Shown here: in pieces, positions 9,352 to 17,979 of the stretch
Numbering within the stretch: the stretch's first letter is position 1
Layout: every line of letters starts with the position of its first letter
Assembly: GCA_038231455.1 (NCBI GenBank)
Contig: JBBRLI010000009.1
Span: forward strand, 1-64,000
From: Vulcanimicrobiales bacterium
GTDB lineage: Bacteria > Vulcanimicrobiota > Vulcanimicrobiia > Vulcanimicrobiales > Vulcanimicrobiaceae
Direction: 5' to 3'
Length of the DNA: 64,000 nt
The notes under the pieces: generated by a model
The model's input: only the letters and a program-made list of their open reading frames with translations
Database searches by the model: none
Told to the model about the DNA's origin: nothing
Program-made: the position numbers and the translations under genes

Positions 9352-10854
9352 ATGATCGCCTTCGTCCTCGCCGCACTGCTCACAATCGATCTTCGCCCCA
9401 TGAGCGACCAGGGTCCGTACACGCACGCGCACCACGCGATCTTGACCGGCGATCCGAATGCGCAGCGTCTTTTCGATGAAGCGCTGACGCTTGTGTACGC
9501 GTTCGATCCGCAAGATGCGGTCACACGCTTTCGGGATGTTGCGAAGGCCGACCCCGAGTCGGCGATGGCGCAGTGGGGTATCGCACTCGCGTACGGCCCG
9601 AACATCAACGAGAGCTACGATCTTGCCGGGGCCCGCAGTGCGCGTCTCGCGCTCGAACGAGCAAAGACACTTGCGCCGGCGGCATTGCCGGAAGAGCGCG
9701 CGCTCATCGCCGCGCTTGCCGAACGCTACCGCGCAACGAAAGCGGGTGACGTGGATCGCTCGCAGCAGCGCTATTCCATCGCAATGCGGGATGTTGTCGC
9801 CCGCTATCCGGACGATCTGGACGCCGCTGCCCTGTATGCCGAGAGCCTCATGGATCTGCAACCATGGGATCTCTGGGATACAAGCGGCAATCCGACGGGC
9901 GATGAGAAGAAGATTCAAGGGATTCTCGAGAGCGTGCTTGCACGCGACCCGCAACATATTTTGGCCAACCACCTCTACATCCACGTGATGGAAGCATCAC
10001 CGCAATACGATGCCGCGCTGCCAAGCGCCGATCGCCTCGCCGCGATGACGTTCGAACCGGCCGCCGAGCATCTGGTGCACATGCCATCGCACATCTATTT
10101 GCACGATGGTCAATATGCAAAAGCCATCGCTGCAAACGATGCTGCTCTCGTACACGTTGCCGCCTGGAAAAGCGGACCACACGATCCTAAGCACGGGGGC
10201 TACGTGTATCATGATGCGGCGATGAAGTTCGCCGCCGAACTGATGTCGGGGCGACTCAAAGAATCGCTTGCAACGGCACACAGCGATGAATTCAACGCCG
10301 GCGACACCGCCGTCACCGAGACGAACCTTCGCTTTCACCGGTGGCCCGCAATTCTTGCCAACACCGGCAAACCGAGTTCGCAAATTGTCGCATACGCGCA
10401 TGCCGTAGCGCTTGCCGCGACCGGCAAACTCGCCGCCGCGCGCGCGGCGCGAACCGCGTTCGAGCCCTTTGCCAACGACGATCGCGGGCGGATCGAGCGC
10501 GTGCTCATCGACGCCGCAATAGCGCGGGCCAGTGGTGATGTGCCGAGCGCAATCGCCCATTTGGAAGAGGCGGTCAAACGCCAGGACGCGCTCGGCTACG
10601 ATGAGCCGCCGCACTTCTATTATCCGATCCGCGAATCGCTCGGCGCGCTCTATCTCAAAGCGGGGCGCGCGGCGGATGCGAAGCGAACCTTCGAGGCGGA
10701 CCTCAAACGCAACGGCGGAAACCCGCGCTCACTCTTCGGCCTCGCCGCGGCCCTGGACGCCTTACAATTGATCGCGGATGCCGGCACGACGCGCACGGCA
10801 TTTGAAGCCGCGTGGCAGGATGCCGACGTTCCACTCCACCTCGACGATCTCTGA
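9352..10854 (+). CDS. Secreted TPR-repeat protein
   Basis: All-helical repeats; AMAQWGIALAYGPNIN, HLYIHVME, HLVHMPSHIY. Confidence 0.75.
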   Translation: MIAFVLAALLTIDLRPMSDQGPYTHAHHAILTGDPNAQRLFDEALTLVYAFDPQDAVTRFRDVAKADPESAMAQWGIALAYGPNINESYDLAGARSARLALERAKTLAPAALPEERALIAALAERYRATKAGDVDRSQQRYSIAMRDVVARYPDDLDAAALYAESLMDLQPWDLWDTSGNPTGDEKKIQGILESVLARDPQHILANHLYIHVMEASPQYDAALPSADRLAAMTFEPAAEHLVHMPSHIYLHDGQYAKAIAANDAALVHVAAWKSGPHDPKHGGYVYHDAAMKFAAELMSGRLKESLATAHSDEFNAGDTAVTETNLRFHRWPAILANTGKPSSQIVAYAHAVALAATGKLAAARAARTAFEPFANDDRGRIERVLIDAAIARASGDVPSAIAHLEEAVKRQDALGYDEPPHFYYPIRESLGALYLKAGRAADAKRTFEADLKRNGGNPRSLFGLAAALDALQLIADAGTTRTAFEAAWQDADVPLHLDDL

Positions 10855-10877
10855 CGATCTCTTTTTAAGGAGACTCC

Positions 10878-11279
10878 ATGTACCATCCCAAGCGGTGCAC
10901 GCCCGTTCTCGTCGTCGACCGTGTCGAGCCGACGCGCGATTTTTTCCACAAGCGTTTAGGATGGCCGGTGCTCATGGAAGTGCCACACGGAGAATCGGTC
11001 GGCTTCGCGCAAGTGGAACTGGGGCCAGTTGAGATCATGATTCAAACGCGTGCCAGCGTCGCTGAGGACCTCAGCGTTCCCCTCGAGAGCGTGAAGCTCT
11101 CCAATACCACCCTCTACATCGAGATCGACGATGTGGAACAGGTCGTCCCCGTGCTCGAAGGGCTCGACGTCGTCGTGCCGCTGCGGAAAACGTGGTATGG
11201 CATGCATGAGATTTCCGTACGCGAACCGGGCGGCAATGTGATCGGTTTCGCTTCGAAGTTACCGACGCCGACCGCGTAA
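10878..11279 (+). CDS. VOC/glyoxalase family protein
   Basis: RBS AAGGAG; TLYIEIDDV, TWYGMHEISVREPGGNVIGF. Confidence 0.85.
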   Translation: MYHPKRCTPVLVVDRVEPTRDFFHKRLGWPVLMEVPHGESVGFAQVELGPVEIMIQTRASVAEDLSVPLESVKLSNTTLYIEIDDVEQVVPVLEGLDVVVPLRKTWYGMHEISVREPGGNVIGFASKLPTPTA

Positions 11280-11286
11280 GAGCGAA

Positions 11287-11754
11287 CTACACCAGCGGTC
11301 GTTTGAGTTCGGTTTGGAAGGTGGAGTCGTCGTCGCCAGCTTCATAGCCGACAAGATACGTTTCCCATAGATCCTAGCGAATACGAAGACCTTGCACTGC
11401 GATCGAATCGTCGAATGATTCCCAGGCCTCACCGAGACCTTCGTATGCGCCGTGATAGATCGTGCGGACCATCTTTGCGGCGGGAATATGACCCGGTTGG
11501 AGCCGTCCTGAAGCGGTGACCGGTCGGTCCACCGGTACGCCGATCTCGAAATCGAAGATGCCGGGCTCCATCTTGAAGTGATGCGAGAACATCGGACCCG
11601 CCGGGCTCTGTCCTTGCTGGGCAAGCCCATCAAAGAGCGCCTTGCGGCCGGCCCCCATGGCCTCGCGCATCTCTTCCCGCGGCGTCCGTATGCGCACGAC
11701 CGCGGCCGGACATTCGGCAACGTCGATGATAGTTGACTCGTCGAGCATGATCAC
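11287..11754 (-). pseudogene. GyrI-like small-molecule-binding domain gene interrupted by an in-frame TAG
   Basis: FDFEIGVPV and YHGAYEGLGEAW, then TAG at 11374-11376, then the same frame continues DLWETYLVGYEAGDDDSTFQTELKRPLV-stop, a typical GyrI-like C-terminus. Confidence 0.8.
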
Positions 11755-11759
11755 CTCAC

Positions 11760-12941
11760 CTAGGCGGCTTTGCGCCGTTTTTTCTTGGTTGCCTTCCGGA
11801 CGGACTTCTCAAGAAGCCCTTTGAGGTGCGCACCCTCATCGCGCGTGATGAGTTTCTCGATGAATGCGAGTACTTTTGATTCATCGGCGGAGAGTGCATG
11901 CGATTCGACAGCTTTCTTGCCTACGCGGCGCTCGACGAGTTGCAGTGCCCCCGACTCGAGATACGCATCGATCACGCCGGGGTGAATGTAACTCTTCTTA
12001 CAAACGGCCGGTGTATTGCCGAGGCGTTTTGCGACCGCGGCAATCGCCTCGACGAGGTTGCGTTTCCGATCGGCGACGGTTTCGGCAGCATCCATTGCTG
12101 CGAGTCCGAGCGCGCAATACATCGTGCCTTCCCACGTGCGAAAATCTTTCGCGGTGAAGTGCGCGCCCGCGATCTGCTCGATGTACTCGTTGACGTCCTG
12201 CGAGTGAACGGGCATGCGCGCATCGTCCTCGGCGATATATTGAAAGAGTTCCTGGCCCGGAAGCTCGCGCACGCGTTTGACGATTTTCGCAAGCCGCTTG
12301 TCTTTGAGCGCGACAGAATGTTCCACGCCGCTCTTACCGCGGAAGTGAAAGCGCAGCGTCTCGCCTTTGACCTCGACGTGGCGGTTCTCAAGGGTCGTCA
12401 GGCCGTAGGAATTATTTTCTTTTGCGTATTCGTCGTTGCCGACTCGGATGAGCGTTGCTTCCAAGAGACTCACGAGTGTCGCGAGGACTTTGTCGCGCGG
12501 TAAACCCGGCAACGCCATGTCGCGCGAGACGTGCGCGCGGATGGCGGGCAAGGCGCTTGCGAAGGCCACCATGCGTTCGAACTTGTTCTCGTCGCGCACT
12601 TCGCGCCAGAGCCGGTGATAGCGATACTGCTTGCGCCCGCGTGCATCGCGCCCCGTTGCTTGCAAGTGGCCTTTGGGGTCGGGCGAGATCCAGACGTCGG
12701 TATACGCGGGCGGAATCGCAAGCGTACGGATGCGCTTGATCTCCGCTTCATCGCGGATCGGCTTGCCGCTAGGCGCAACGAAGGCGAAGTGCGCGCCGCG
12801 TTTCACGCGCCGGATGCCGGGCGCAGCGTCGCTCACGTAGCGCAGGCCGGCGGCCCTTGCCGCCTCAATAGGTTCGATCTGGACGTCCAAGTCGGGGTCT
12901 CCGGTGTCGGGAAAGAGGCGGTCGGGGAAACTCCTACCCAC
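11760..12941 (-). CDS. DNA topoisomerase IB (bacterial/poxvirus-like)
   Basis: GRDARGRKQYRYH, RVGN, GLTTL, FRGKSG, KDFRTW, LGNTPAVCKKSY (catalytic Tyr). Exact start uncertain. Confidence 0.93.
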   Translation of the reverse strand: MGRSFPDRLFPDTGDPDLDVQIEPIEAARAAGLRYVSDAAPGIRRVKRGAHFAFVAPSGKPIRDEAEIKRIRTLAIPPAYTDVWISPDPKGHLQATGRDARGRKQYRYHRLWREVRDENKFERMVAFASALPAIRAHVSRDMALPGLPRDKVLATLVSLLEATLIRVGNDEYAKENNSYGLTTLENRHVEVKGETLRFHFRGKSGVEHSVALKDKRLAKIVKRVRELPGQELFQYIAEDDARMPVHSQDVNEYIEQIAGAHFTAKDFRTWEGTMYCALGLAAMDAAETVADRKRNLVEAIAAVAKRLGNTPAVCKKSYIHPGVIDAYLESGALQLVERRVGKKAVESHALSADESKVLAFIEKLITRDEGAHLKGLLEKSVRKATKKKRRKAA

Positions 12942-12957
12942 ATCGGGCGCGAAAAGG

Positions 12958-12987
12958 TGGACAGGGGAGAAGAGGGCGGTATATAAT
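12958..12987 (+). promoter_or_regulatory. Sigma70-type promoter for tRNA-Val(CAC) and tRNA-Asp
   Basis: TGGACA-N18-TATAAT, 24 nt upstream of the tRNA. Confidence 0.7.
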
Positions 12988-13011
12988 CCCGTAGTTCGCC
13001 TGATCGAATCG

Positions 13012-13086
13012 GGGCGCGTAGCTCAGTGGGAGAGCATCCGCTTCACACGCGGGGGGTCGTTGGTTCAATCCCAACCGTGCCCACCA
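13012..13086 (+). tRNA. tRNA-Val(CAC)
   Basis: GGGCGCGTAGCTCAG...TCCGC-TTCACAC-GCGGG...GGTTCAATCC...CGTGCCCACCA. Confidence 0.95.
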
Positions 13087-13097
13087 TCGATCGTTCT

Positions 13098-13174
13098 GGC
13101 GTTGTAGCTCAGTTGGTTAGAGCGCCGCCCTGTCACGGCGGAGGTCGTGGGTTCGAGCCCCATCAACGTCGCCA
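13098..13174 (+). tRNA. tRNA-Asp(GTC)
   Basis: GGCGTTGTAGCTCAGTTGGTTAGAGCG-CCGCC-CTGTCAC-GGCGG...GGTTCGAGCC...CAACGTCGCCA. Confidence 0.96.
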
Positions 13175-13184
13175 TTGTGCGACT

Positions 13185-13218
13185 ACGCCGGTCCTCTCCC
13201 GAGGGCCGGCGTTCTCTT
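13185..13218 (+). terminator. Intrinsic terminator-like hairpin after the tRNA pair
   Basis: ACGCCGGTCCTC-TCCC-GAGGGCCGGCGT followed by TCTCTT. Confidence 0.65.
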
Positions 13219-13236
13219 ATCCGAAGGGACCCATTC

Positions 13237-13980
13237 GTGGCCTCGATCGCGGTGCGCAATCTCTCCAAACGGTACGGAAGCGGCACGCTCGCGCTCGACG
13301 ACATCAGTCTTGCCATCGAGGACGGCGAATTCGTCTCGGTCATCGGCCCGAGCGGCTGCGGGAAGAGCACGCTCTTACGGATCATGGCGGAGCTGGACAA
13401 GCCCACCGGCGGCGAGATCGTCTTTGGGACGGCTGGTGGCTCGCGCGCGCAGTTGCCGAGCGCCGTGGTGTTTCAAGAGCAGTCGCTCTTCCCGTGGATG
13501 CGGGTGCGCGAGAATGTCGCCTTCGCATTTGATTCGCTTGACGTCGGACGCGAAGAAGTACGCGCGCGGGTCGATGCGCAGCTTGCGCTCGTCGGGCTTA
13601 CGCAATTTGCGAATGCCTATCCGCACGAACTCTCGGGCGGTATGAAGCAGCGCGTCGCCGTGGCTCGCGCGTTTGCCGTCGACCCGCCAATTTTGTTTAT
13701 GGATGAGCCCTTCGGGGCGCTCGACGAGCAAACGCGAGTCGGACTTGCGGGCGAATTGATGGCGCTGTGGGAGAAGACCCGCAAGACCGTCGTCTTCGTA
13801 ACGCATGGAATTGAAGAAGCGGTCACGCTCTCGGATCGGGTCGTCGTGCTTTCGCGCCAGCCCGGCAAGATCAAGGCCATCATTCCGATCGACTTCCCGC
13901 GACCGCGCGATGCGGTTTCGATGCGTGGCGATCCGCGCTTCGGCGGATATGTTGTTCAACTGTGGGAGCTGCTACGTTGA
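13237..13980 (+). CDS. ABC transporter ATP-binding protein (nitrate/sulfonate/taurine type)
   Basis: Walker A GPSGCGKS, VVFQ, YPHELSGGMKQR, MDEPFGALD, FVTH. GTG start at 13237. Confidence 0.92.
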   Translation: MASIAVRNLSKRYGSGTLALDDISLAIEDGEFVSVIGPSGCGKSTLLRIMAELDKPTGGEIVFGTAGGSRAQLPSAVVFQEQSLFPWMRVRENVAFAFDSLDVGREEVRARVDAQLALVGLTQFANAYPHELSGGMKQRVAVARAFAVDPPILFMDEPFGALDEQTRVGLAGELMALWEKTRKTVVFVTHGIEEAVTLSDRVVVLSRQPGKIKAIIPIDFPRPRDAVSMRGDPRFGGYVVQLWELLR

Positions 13981-14741
13981 TCAGGCCAGCAGTCCACTGG
14001 GCGATTTACATCGCCGCGCCGCTCTCGCTTGTTTTACTGTGGCAAATCGCGGTGTCGACGCATCTGCTCAACCAGGCACTTTTCCCCGCGCCGAGCGCAA
14101 TCTTCGTTTCGTTCGTACAGTACGCCGAGTCGGGTGAGCTATGGGCCAGCACGTGGGCAACAATCCAGCGTATCGTCATCGGTTTTCTCATCGGCGGAAT
14201 CCCCGGCACGATGCTCGGCCTTGCGATGGGCATGAACAAGTGGGTGCGCGCGTACTTCACACCGGTCGTCGCGCTGCTCTATCCGATCCCGAAAATCGCC
14301 GTGCTGCCACTCTTCTATTTTATCTACGGAACGGGCGATGCGGCGAAGTGGGCCGTAATCGCATTCGGCACGTTCTTCTTGATGACGATCAACACCGAAG
14401 CGGGCGTGCGCCAAATCGACCGCATCTATCTCGATGTCGCGCGCGCGTACCGAATCCGACCGATGTCGTTTTATTTTAAAGTGCTCTTGCCGGGTGCGCT
14501 ACCCAATATTTTTGCCGGCGTGAAACTCTCGATCGGAATCGCCATTGTGCTCGCGATCGCGGCAGAATTCAATTTCACCAAAGTCGGCCTTGGCTTCACG
14601 ATTGTCAACGCAGAAGCGCTCCTGGACATCGAGCGCCTTTACGCGGCCTTGGTTGCAGTGTCGCTCCTCGGGCTCGTGCTTTCCGTAGGCCTCGACCTGC
14701 TGGAGCGCCAGTTGCTCCCGTGGAAGAAGAGCGAACGCTAA
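13977..14741 (+). CDS. ABC transporter permease (SsuC/TauC type)
   Basis: LFPAPS, LYPIPKIAVLPL, VLLPGALPNIFAG, AIAAE. TTG start overlaps the upstream stop codon. Confidence 0.9.
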   Translation: MIRPAVHWAIYIAAPLSLVLLWQIAVSTHLLNQALFPAPSAIFVSFVQYAESGELWASTWATIQRIVIGFLIGGIPGTMLGLAMGMNKWVRAYFTPVVALLYPIPKIAVLPLFYFIYGTGDAAKWAVIAFGTFFLMTINTEAGVRQIDRIYLDVARAYRIRPMSFYFKVLLPGALPNIFAGVKLSIGIAIVLAIAAEFNFTKVGLGFTIVNAEALLDIERLYAALVAVSLLGLVLSVGLDLLERQLLPWKKSER

Positions 14742-14788
14742 ATTCAGCGCAGGACTGACCATTCTCATGTATAATACGATTCGGTCGC

Positions 14789-14861
14789 GCCGAGATAGCT
14801 CAGTCGGTAGAGCACAGGTCTGAAAAACCTGGTGTCGCGAGTTCGATTCTCGCTCTCGGCA
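14789..14861 (+). tRNA. tRNA-Phe(GAA), CCA not encoded
   Basis: GCCGAGATAGCTCAGTCGGTAGAGCA-CAGGT-CTGAAAA-ACCTG...GTTCGATTC...TCTCGGCA; TATAAT at 14770-14775. Confidence 0.95.
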
Positions 14862-14867
14862 AATTTT

Positions 14868-14900
14868 AAAACGCCCGTCTCAGTTGAGAGGGGCGTTTTT
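14868..14900 (+). terminator. Intrinsic terminator after tRNA-Phe
   Basis: AAAACGCCC-GTCTCAGTTGAGAG-GGGCGTTTTT. Confidence 0.8.
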
Positions 14901-15288
14901 CTAAGTAGGTGTTCGGTTAAGCGCGGCAATCGCGGATCGAAGGACGCGCTGCGGTCGCGACCAACCATGAGACATGGGTGCACAGAAGGTTTCGTCCCGT
15001 AGTCTCAGCGTATCGATCGCGACCGTTCTTGTCTTAGCGGCGGGCTACCGAATGCCGTTGCCTCGGACGCTTCGGGTAAAGCGCATAGAAGCGCTGCCGT
15101 TCGCCGAGATGCAATCGCCTTTCGCGCTGGCGAACTCGTCTCGCAGCCGGAAGCATTCACGGGAGTTTGGGAAGAGCGCCTTGACTCGGGGAAAACGATC
15201 GGCTTTTCAATCGCGCTTCTCACCGAAGTTAGCGCCAAGCTCAAGACGTTAGTACATGTCAATCAACGTATCAAGGGCTTTGGGCTTA

Positions 15289-15637
15289 CCTTATGGGATC
15301 GATGTTGCGATCGTTCAACCCGGCGCGTTTGAACCGAGATCCTCGGAAAGACGACTACACCCGACGACACGGCCCGCCTCGACGGATACGCAGCGCTTGC
15401 GCCGATCGGTGAAAAACTCTACGCGGGACTTAAGGCAGCGATGCAAATCGTCCGCCACAGCTCGTCGCCGATGCGATTCTTGCCCTCGCGAAGGCACCGG
15501 CCGGTTCGCGTGCTTTGCGCATGACCGTCCCCGCGGATGAAGCGGTCGATGCGATCAATAGCGCCGTTGCGCCGATCCAGCGTCAGATGATGCAGGCCTT
15601 CGGTTTCGACGAACTGATTCCTAAAGTTCACGCGTAA
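15289..15637 (+). pseudogene. 3' remnant of an SDR family oxidoreductase with two frameshifts
   Basis: Three frames join into PYGIDVAIVQPGAF / TEILGKTTTPDDTARLDGYAALAPIGEKLYAGLKAAMQ / PQLVADAILALAKAPAGSRALRMTVP...PKVHA-stop. Shifts fall near 15331 and 15446. The Rossmann fold and YxxxK motif are absent. Confidence 0.7.
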
Positions 15638-15696
15638 GAACGTGGTTCTTTTGCCGGGGCGGGTTGAAAAGCGCGCTCCGGCGGAAGAAGAACGCT

Positions 15697-15999
15697 ATGG
15701 AAGAAAATCACGGACAGCGCCCGCGCTATGACGTTCACGCCGATCTGCGCGTCCAAGAACTCCTCGATGCCGTCCGCAAAGGCGGCATGCCTGAGGTTGC
15801 CGAGCGCATCGAAAAACTGCTTAGCAATGCCGGCGCCGAACTTCAGGTCTTGCGCGAGTTCGTTGAATCCGTGCGCGGCACGCACGACATGCTGACCGAT
15901 CAATTCGCGGAAGTCGAAGGCACGAGCGGCGTCAAGGCACTCGTCGCTTCGATCCGCACGGTGCTCGCCGAAGACCTCGAAGAAGTCCCCGGCGCTTGA
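15697..15999 (+). CDS. Hypothetical protein (helical, about 100 aa)
   Basis: Gene-like codon usage; ends convergent with the peptidase gene. Confidence 0.65.
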   Translation: MEENHGQRPRYDVHADLRVQELLDAVRKGGMPEVAERIEKLLSNAGAELQVLREFVESVRGTHDMLTDQFAEVEGTSGVKALVASIRTVLAEDLEEVPGA

Positions 16000-16011
16000 T
16001 GGCGCGCGCCG

Positions 16012-17940
16012 CTACGGGTTGTAGCGGTCGAGCCAGTTCAGTACTTCGGTAAAGACGTTCTTGCGCTGTTCCCACAGACGCGGGAAGTGCGGCGAACCGG
16101 GGTAGGTGACCATCCGAACCGCCTTGCCCTCCTCTTTGAGGAGCACGAAAAATTCGCGGCCCTGATAGGTCGGCACGCGGATGTCGGCCGCGCCGTGCAA
16201 GATGAGCAGCGGCGTCGTCACGTTTTTCGTGAACATTACGGCGGAGTATTTGAGAAACGGCTCGGGGCCGGCGGAGAGCTCGCTTGCGTCGTAGTCGGTC
16301 TGCTGCACGTCGGATGACATGATGAAACTGAGCCACTCGGTGATGCCAGCGCCCTCGATTGCCGCCTTGTAGCGGTTCGTTTGGGTAACGGTCCATGAGG
16401 TCATGAAGCCGCCCGCACTCCAGCCGAATATCGCAAGTTTGTTCGGATCGGCCCAGCCGCGCGCCACGGCTTCCGTGGTCGCTGAATCGACGTCATGATA
16501 TGCCGTATCGCCGAAATGTTGATAGATCGCTTGCAAATGTGCGCTACCGTAACCCGTCGAGCCGCGATATTCCGGTTGCATCACGACGTAGCCGTGACCC
16601 GCGATAATGCGCGCGAACGCATCGAGGTGCAGTGTGTCGTTGGCTTCGGGCCCGCCATGCGGGAGCACGAGAAATTTTCCGGGCTTGCCGTTCCAGTTTG
16701 CGGGGAACGTCACGATCGATTCGAGTTTGGTACCGTCCTCGCTCGTCCAGCGGTGACGCTCGACGCGCCCGAGCGTGACGTCTGCAAGCGCTACATCGGA
16801 TTCGTGCGTGATCTTGATGAGGGCGCCGTTCCGCGCGACGGCGACGTTGCTGGTGTGCGTTGAATCGCTGACGGGAAAAACGAGCGTCGACGGCGTCGCG
16901 CGTAACTCAGGTGTCGCCGGCATGCCGACGACGCCGCCGTTTGCAAACGATGCGCCCATGCCGCCGTCCTTAAATTCAACGACATTGGTTTGTACGCCGG
17001 CGGCAACCGTCACCCAGACGTGCCCTTGCGCATCGCCGCGCAGCGCCTGAATCGAGACGGGAATGTTTGGCGTGCGATCGACCGGCGTGCCGCCGGATGC
17101 TGGCACGGTCCAAATGTGATCGGGGGTGATGACGTCAGTTGTCGTCGAGAGAAATGCGAGCGTTTTATCGCCATCGGTCCAGGCGATGCCCGCACCGGGA
17201 TACGGAATTTCGTTGGCGACGGCGGTATCGATCGAGGCGACGTGCTTCACGCTCGTAGCCGTGCAAATGTCGATTGCGCCGGTCACCCGGTGGTGTCCGA
17301 TTTTTGGTGTTTGCTGCAAGAGTGCGATCTTCGAACCGTCCGGCGACCAAGCAAAGCCCGCAACGTCGTCGTGCCCAGCGCACCACCACGCCCCGTGCGA
17401 GCCGTCGGCGTTGACAACGTAGAGCGAACTACGATCGTTTTGCACGACGGTGCGCACTTTGTCGAGCGGGTCGACCGGCTGCGGATCGGAGACGACCGCA
17501 TATCGCGAACCGTCGGGTGAGAGAATCGTCGCGCCGATGCTCTCCGTGAGATGCGTGAGCGCGTGCGCGCGCTTCGTGCCGATCGTCCACGTCGCGAGTT
17601 GGTCGACGTCTTTGATCGTAAGCGACCCGTAGAGTTCGCTTGCACTTTTGGTAAATCCGGACGGATGAAAGCTCTTCGGAAGCGTGAGCTTCTGCGCGTG
17701 CGTGCCGTCGGTCGCGATCGTCCACCATTCGTGTTTATCGGCGCCTTTGGGCTGGCCGTGCGTCACCTCGTAGAGAATCGTGCGGCCGTCTGGTGCGACG
17801 GCGTGTGGGGCTGCGGATCGCAGCGCCGTCCAATCATCGACTCCGAATGGGTGCGGTGTTGCAGCGGATGCCGCAGTGGACGAGCCAAGGCTTAGGCCAA
17901 TGGAGAAGAGGACGGCGATCCAACGCAGGCGGTGCTTCAT
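16012..17940 (-). CDS. Secreted S9 family (S9C-like) peptidase
   Basis: Signal peptide, WD40-like SPDG repeats, PHGGPE, YRGSTGYG, GWSAGG (Ser), HGAADIRV (Asp), SPH (His). Confidence 0.92.
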   Translation of the reverse strand: MKHRLRWIAVLFSIGLSLGSSTAASAATPHPFGVDDWTALRSAAPHAVAPDGRTILYEVTHGQPKGADKHEWWTIATDGTHAQKLTLPKSFHPSGFTKSASELYGSLTIKDVDQLATWTIGTKRAHALTHLTESIGATILSPDGSRYAVVSDPQPVDPLDKVRTVVQNDRSSLYVVNADGSHGAWWCAGHDDVAGFAWSPDGSKIALLQQTPKIGHHRVTGAIDICTATSVKHVASIDTAVANEIPYPGAGIAWTDGDKTLAFLSTTTDVITPDHIWTVPASGGTPVDRTPNIPVSIQALRGDAQGHVWVTVAAGVQTNVVEFKDGGMGASFANGGVVGMPATPELRATPSTLVFPVSDSTHTSNVAVARNGALIKITHESDVALADVTLGRVERHRWTSEDGTKLESIVTFPANWNGKPGKFLVLPHGGPEANDTLHLDAFARIIAGHGYVVMQPEYRGSTGYGSAHLQAIYQHFGDTAYHDVDSATTEAVARGWADPNKLAIFGWSAGGFMTSWTVTQTNRYKAAIEGAGITEWLSFIMSSDVQQTDYDASELSAGPEPFLKYSAVMFTKNVTTPLLILHGAADIRVPTYQGREFFVLLKEEGKAVRMVTYPGSPHFPRLWEQRKNVFTEVLNWLDRYNP

Positions 17941-17979
17941 GCCCGCTTCTGCGCGCTTGGGGATTCGTGCCCCTGGAGA

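Noticed and set aside
11760-12941. TopIB next to tRNAs considered as an integrase marking a genomic island
   Set aside because: Motifs are those of topoisomerase IB, and I found no duplicated tRNA 3' end as a direct att repeat.
14862-14864. Missing CCA on tRNA-Phe taken as a sign of integration damage
   Set aside because: The acceptor stem and discriminator base are intact and a terminator follows; CCA is commonly added enzymatically.
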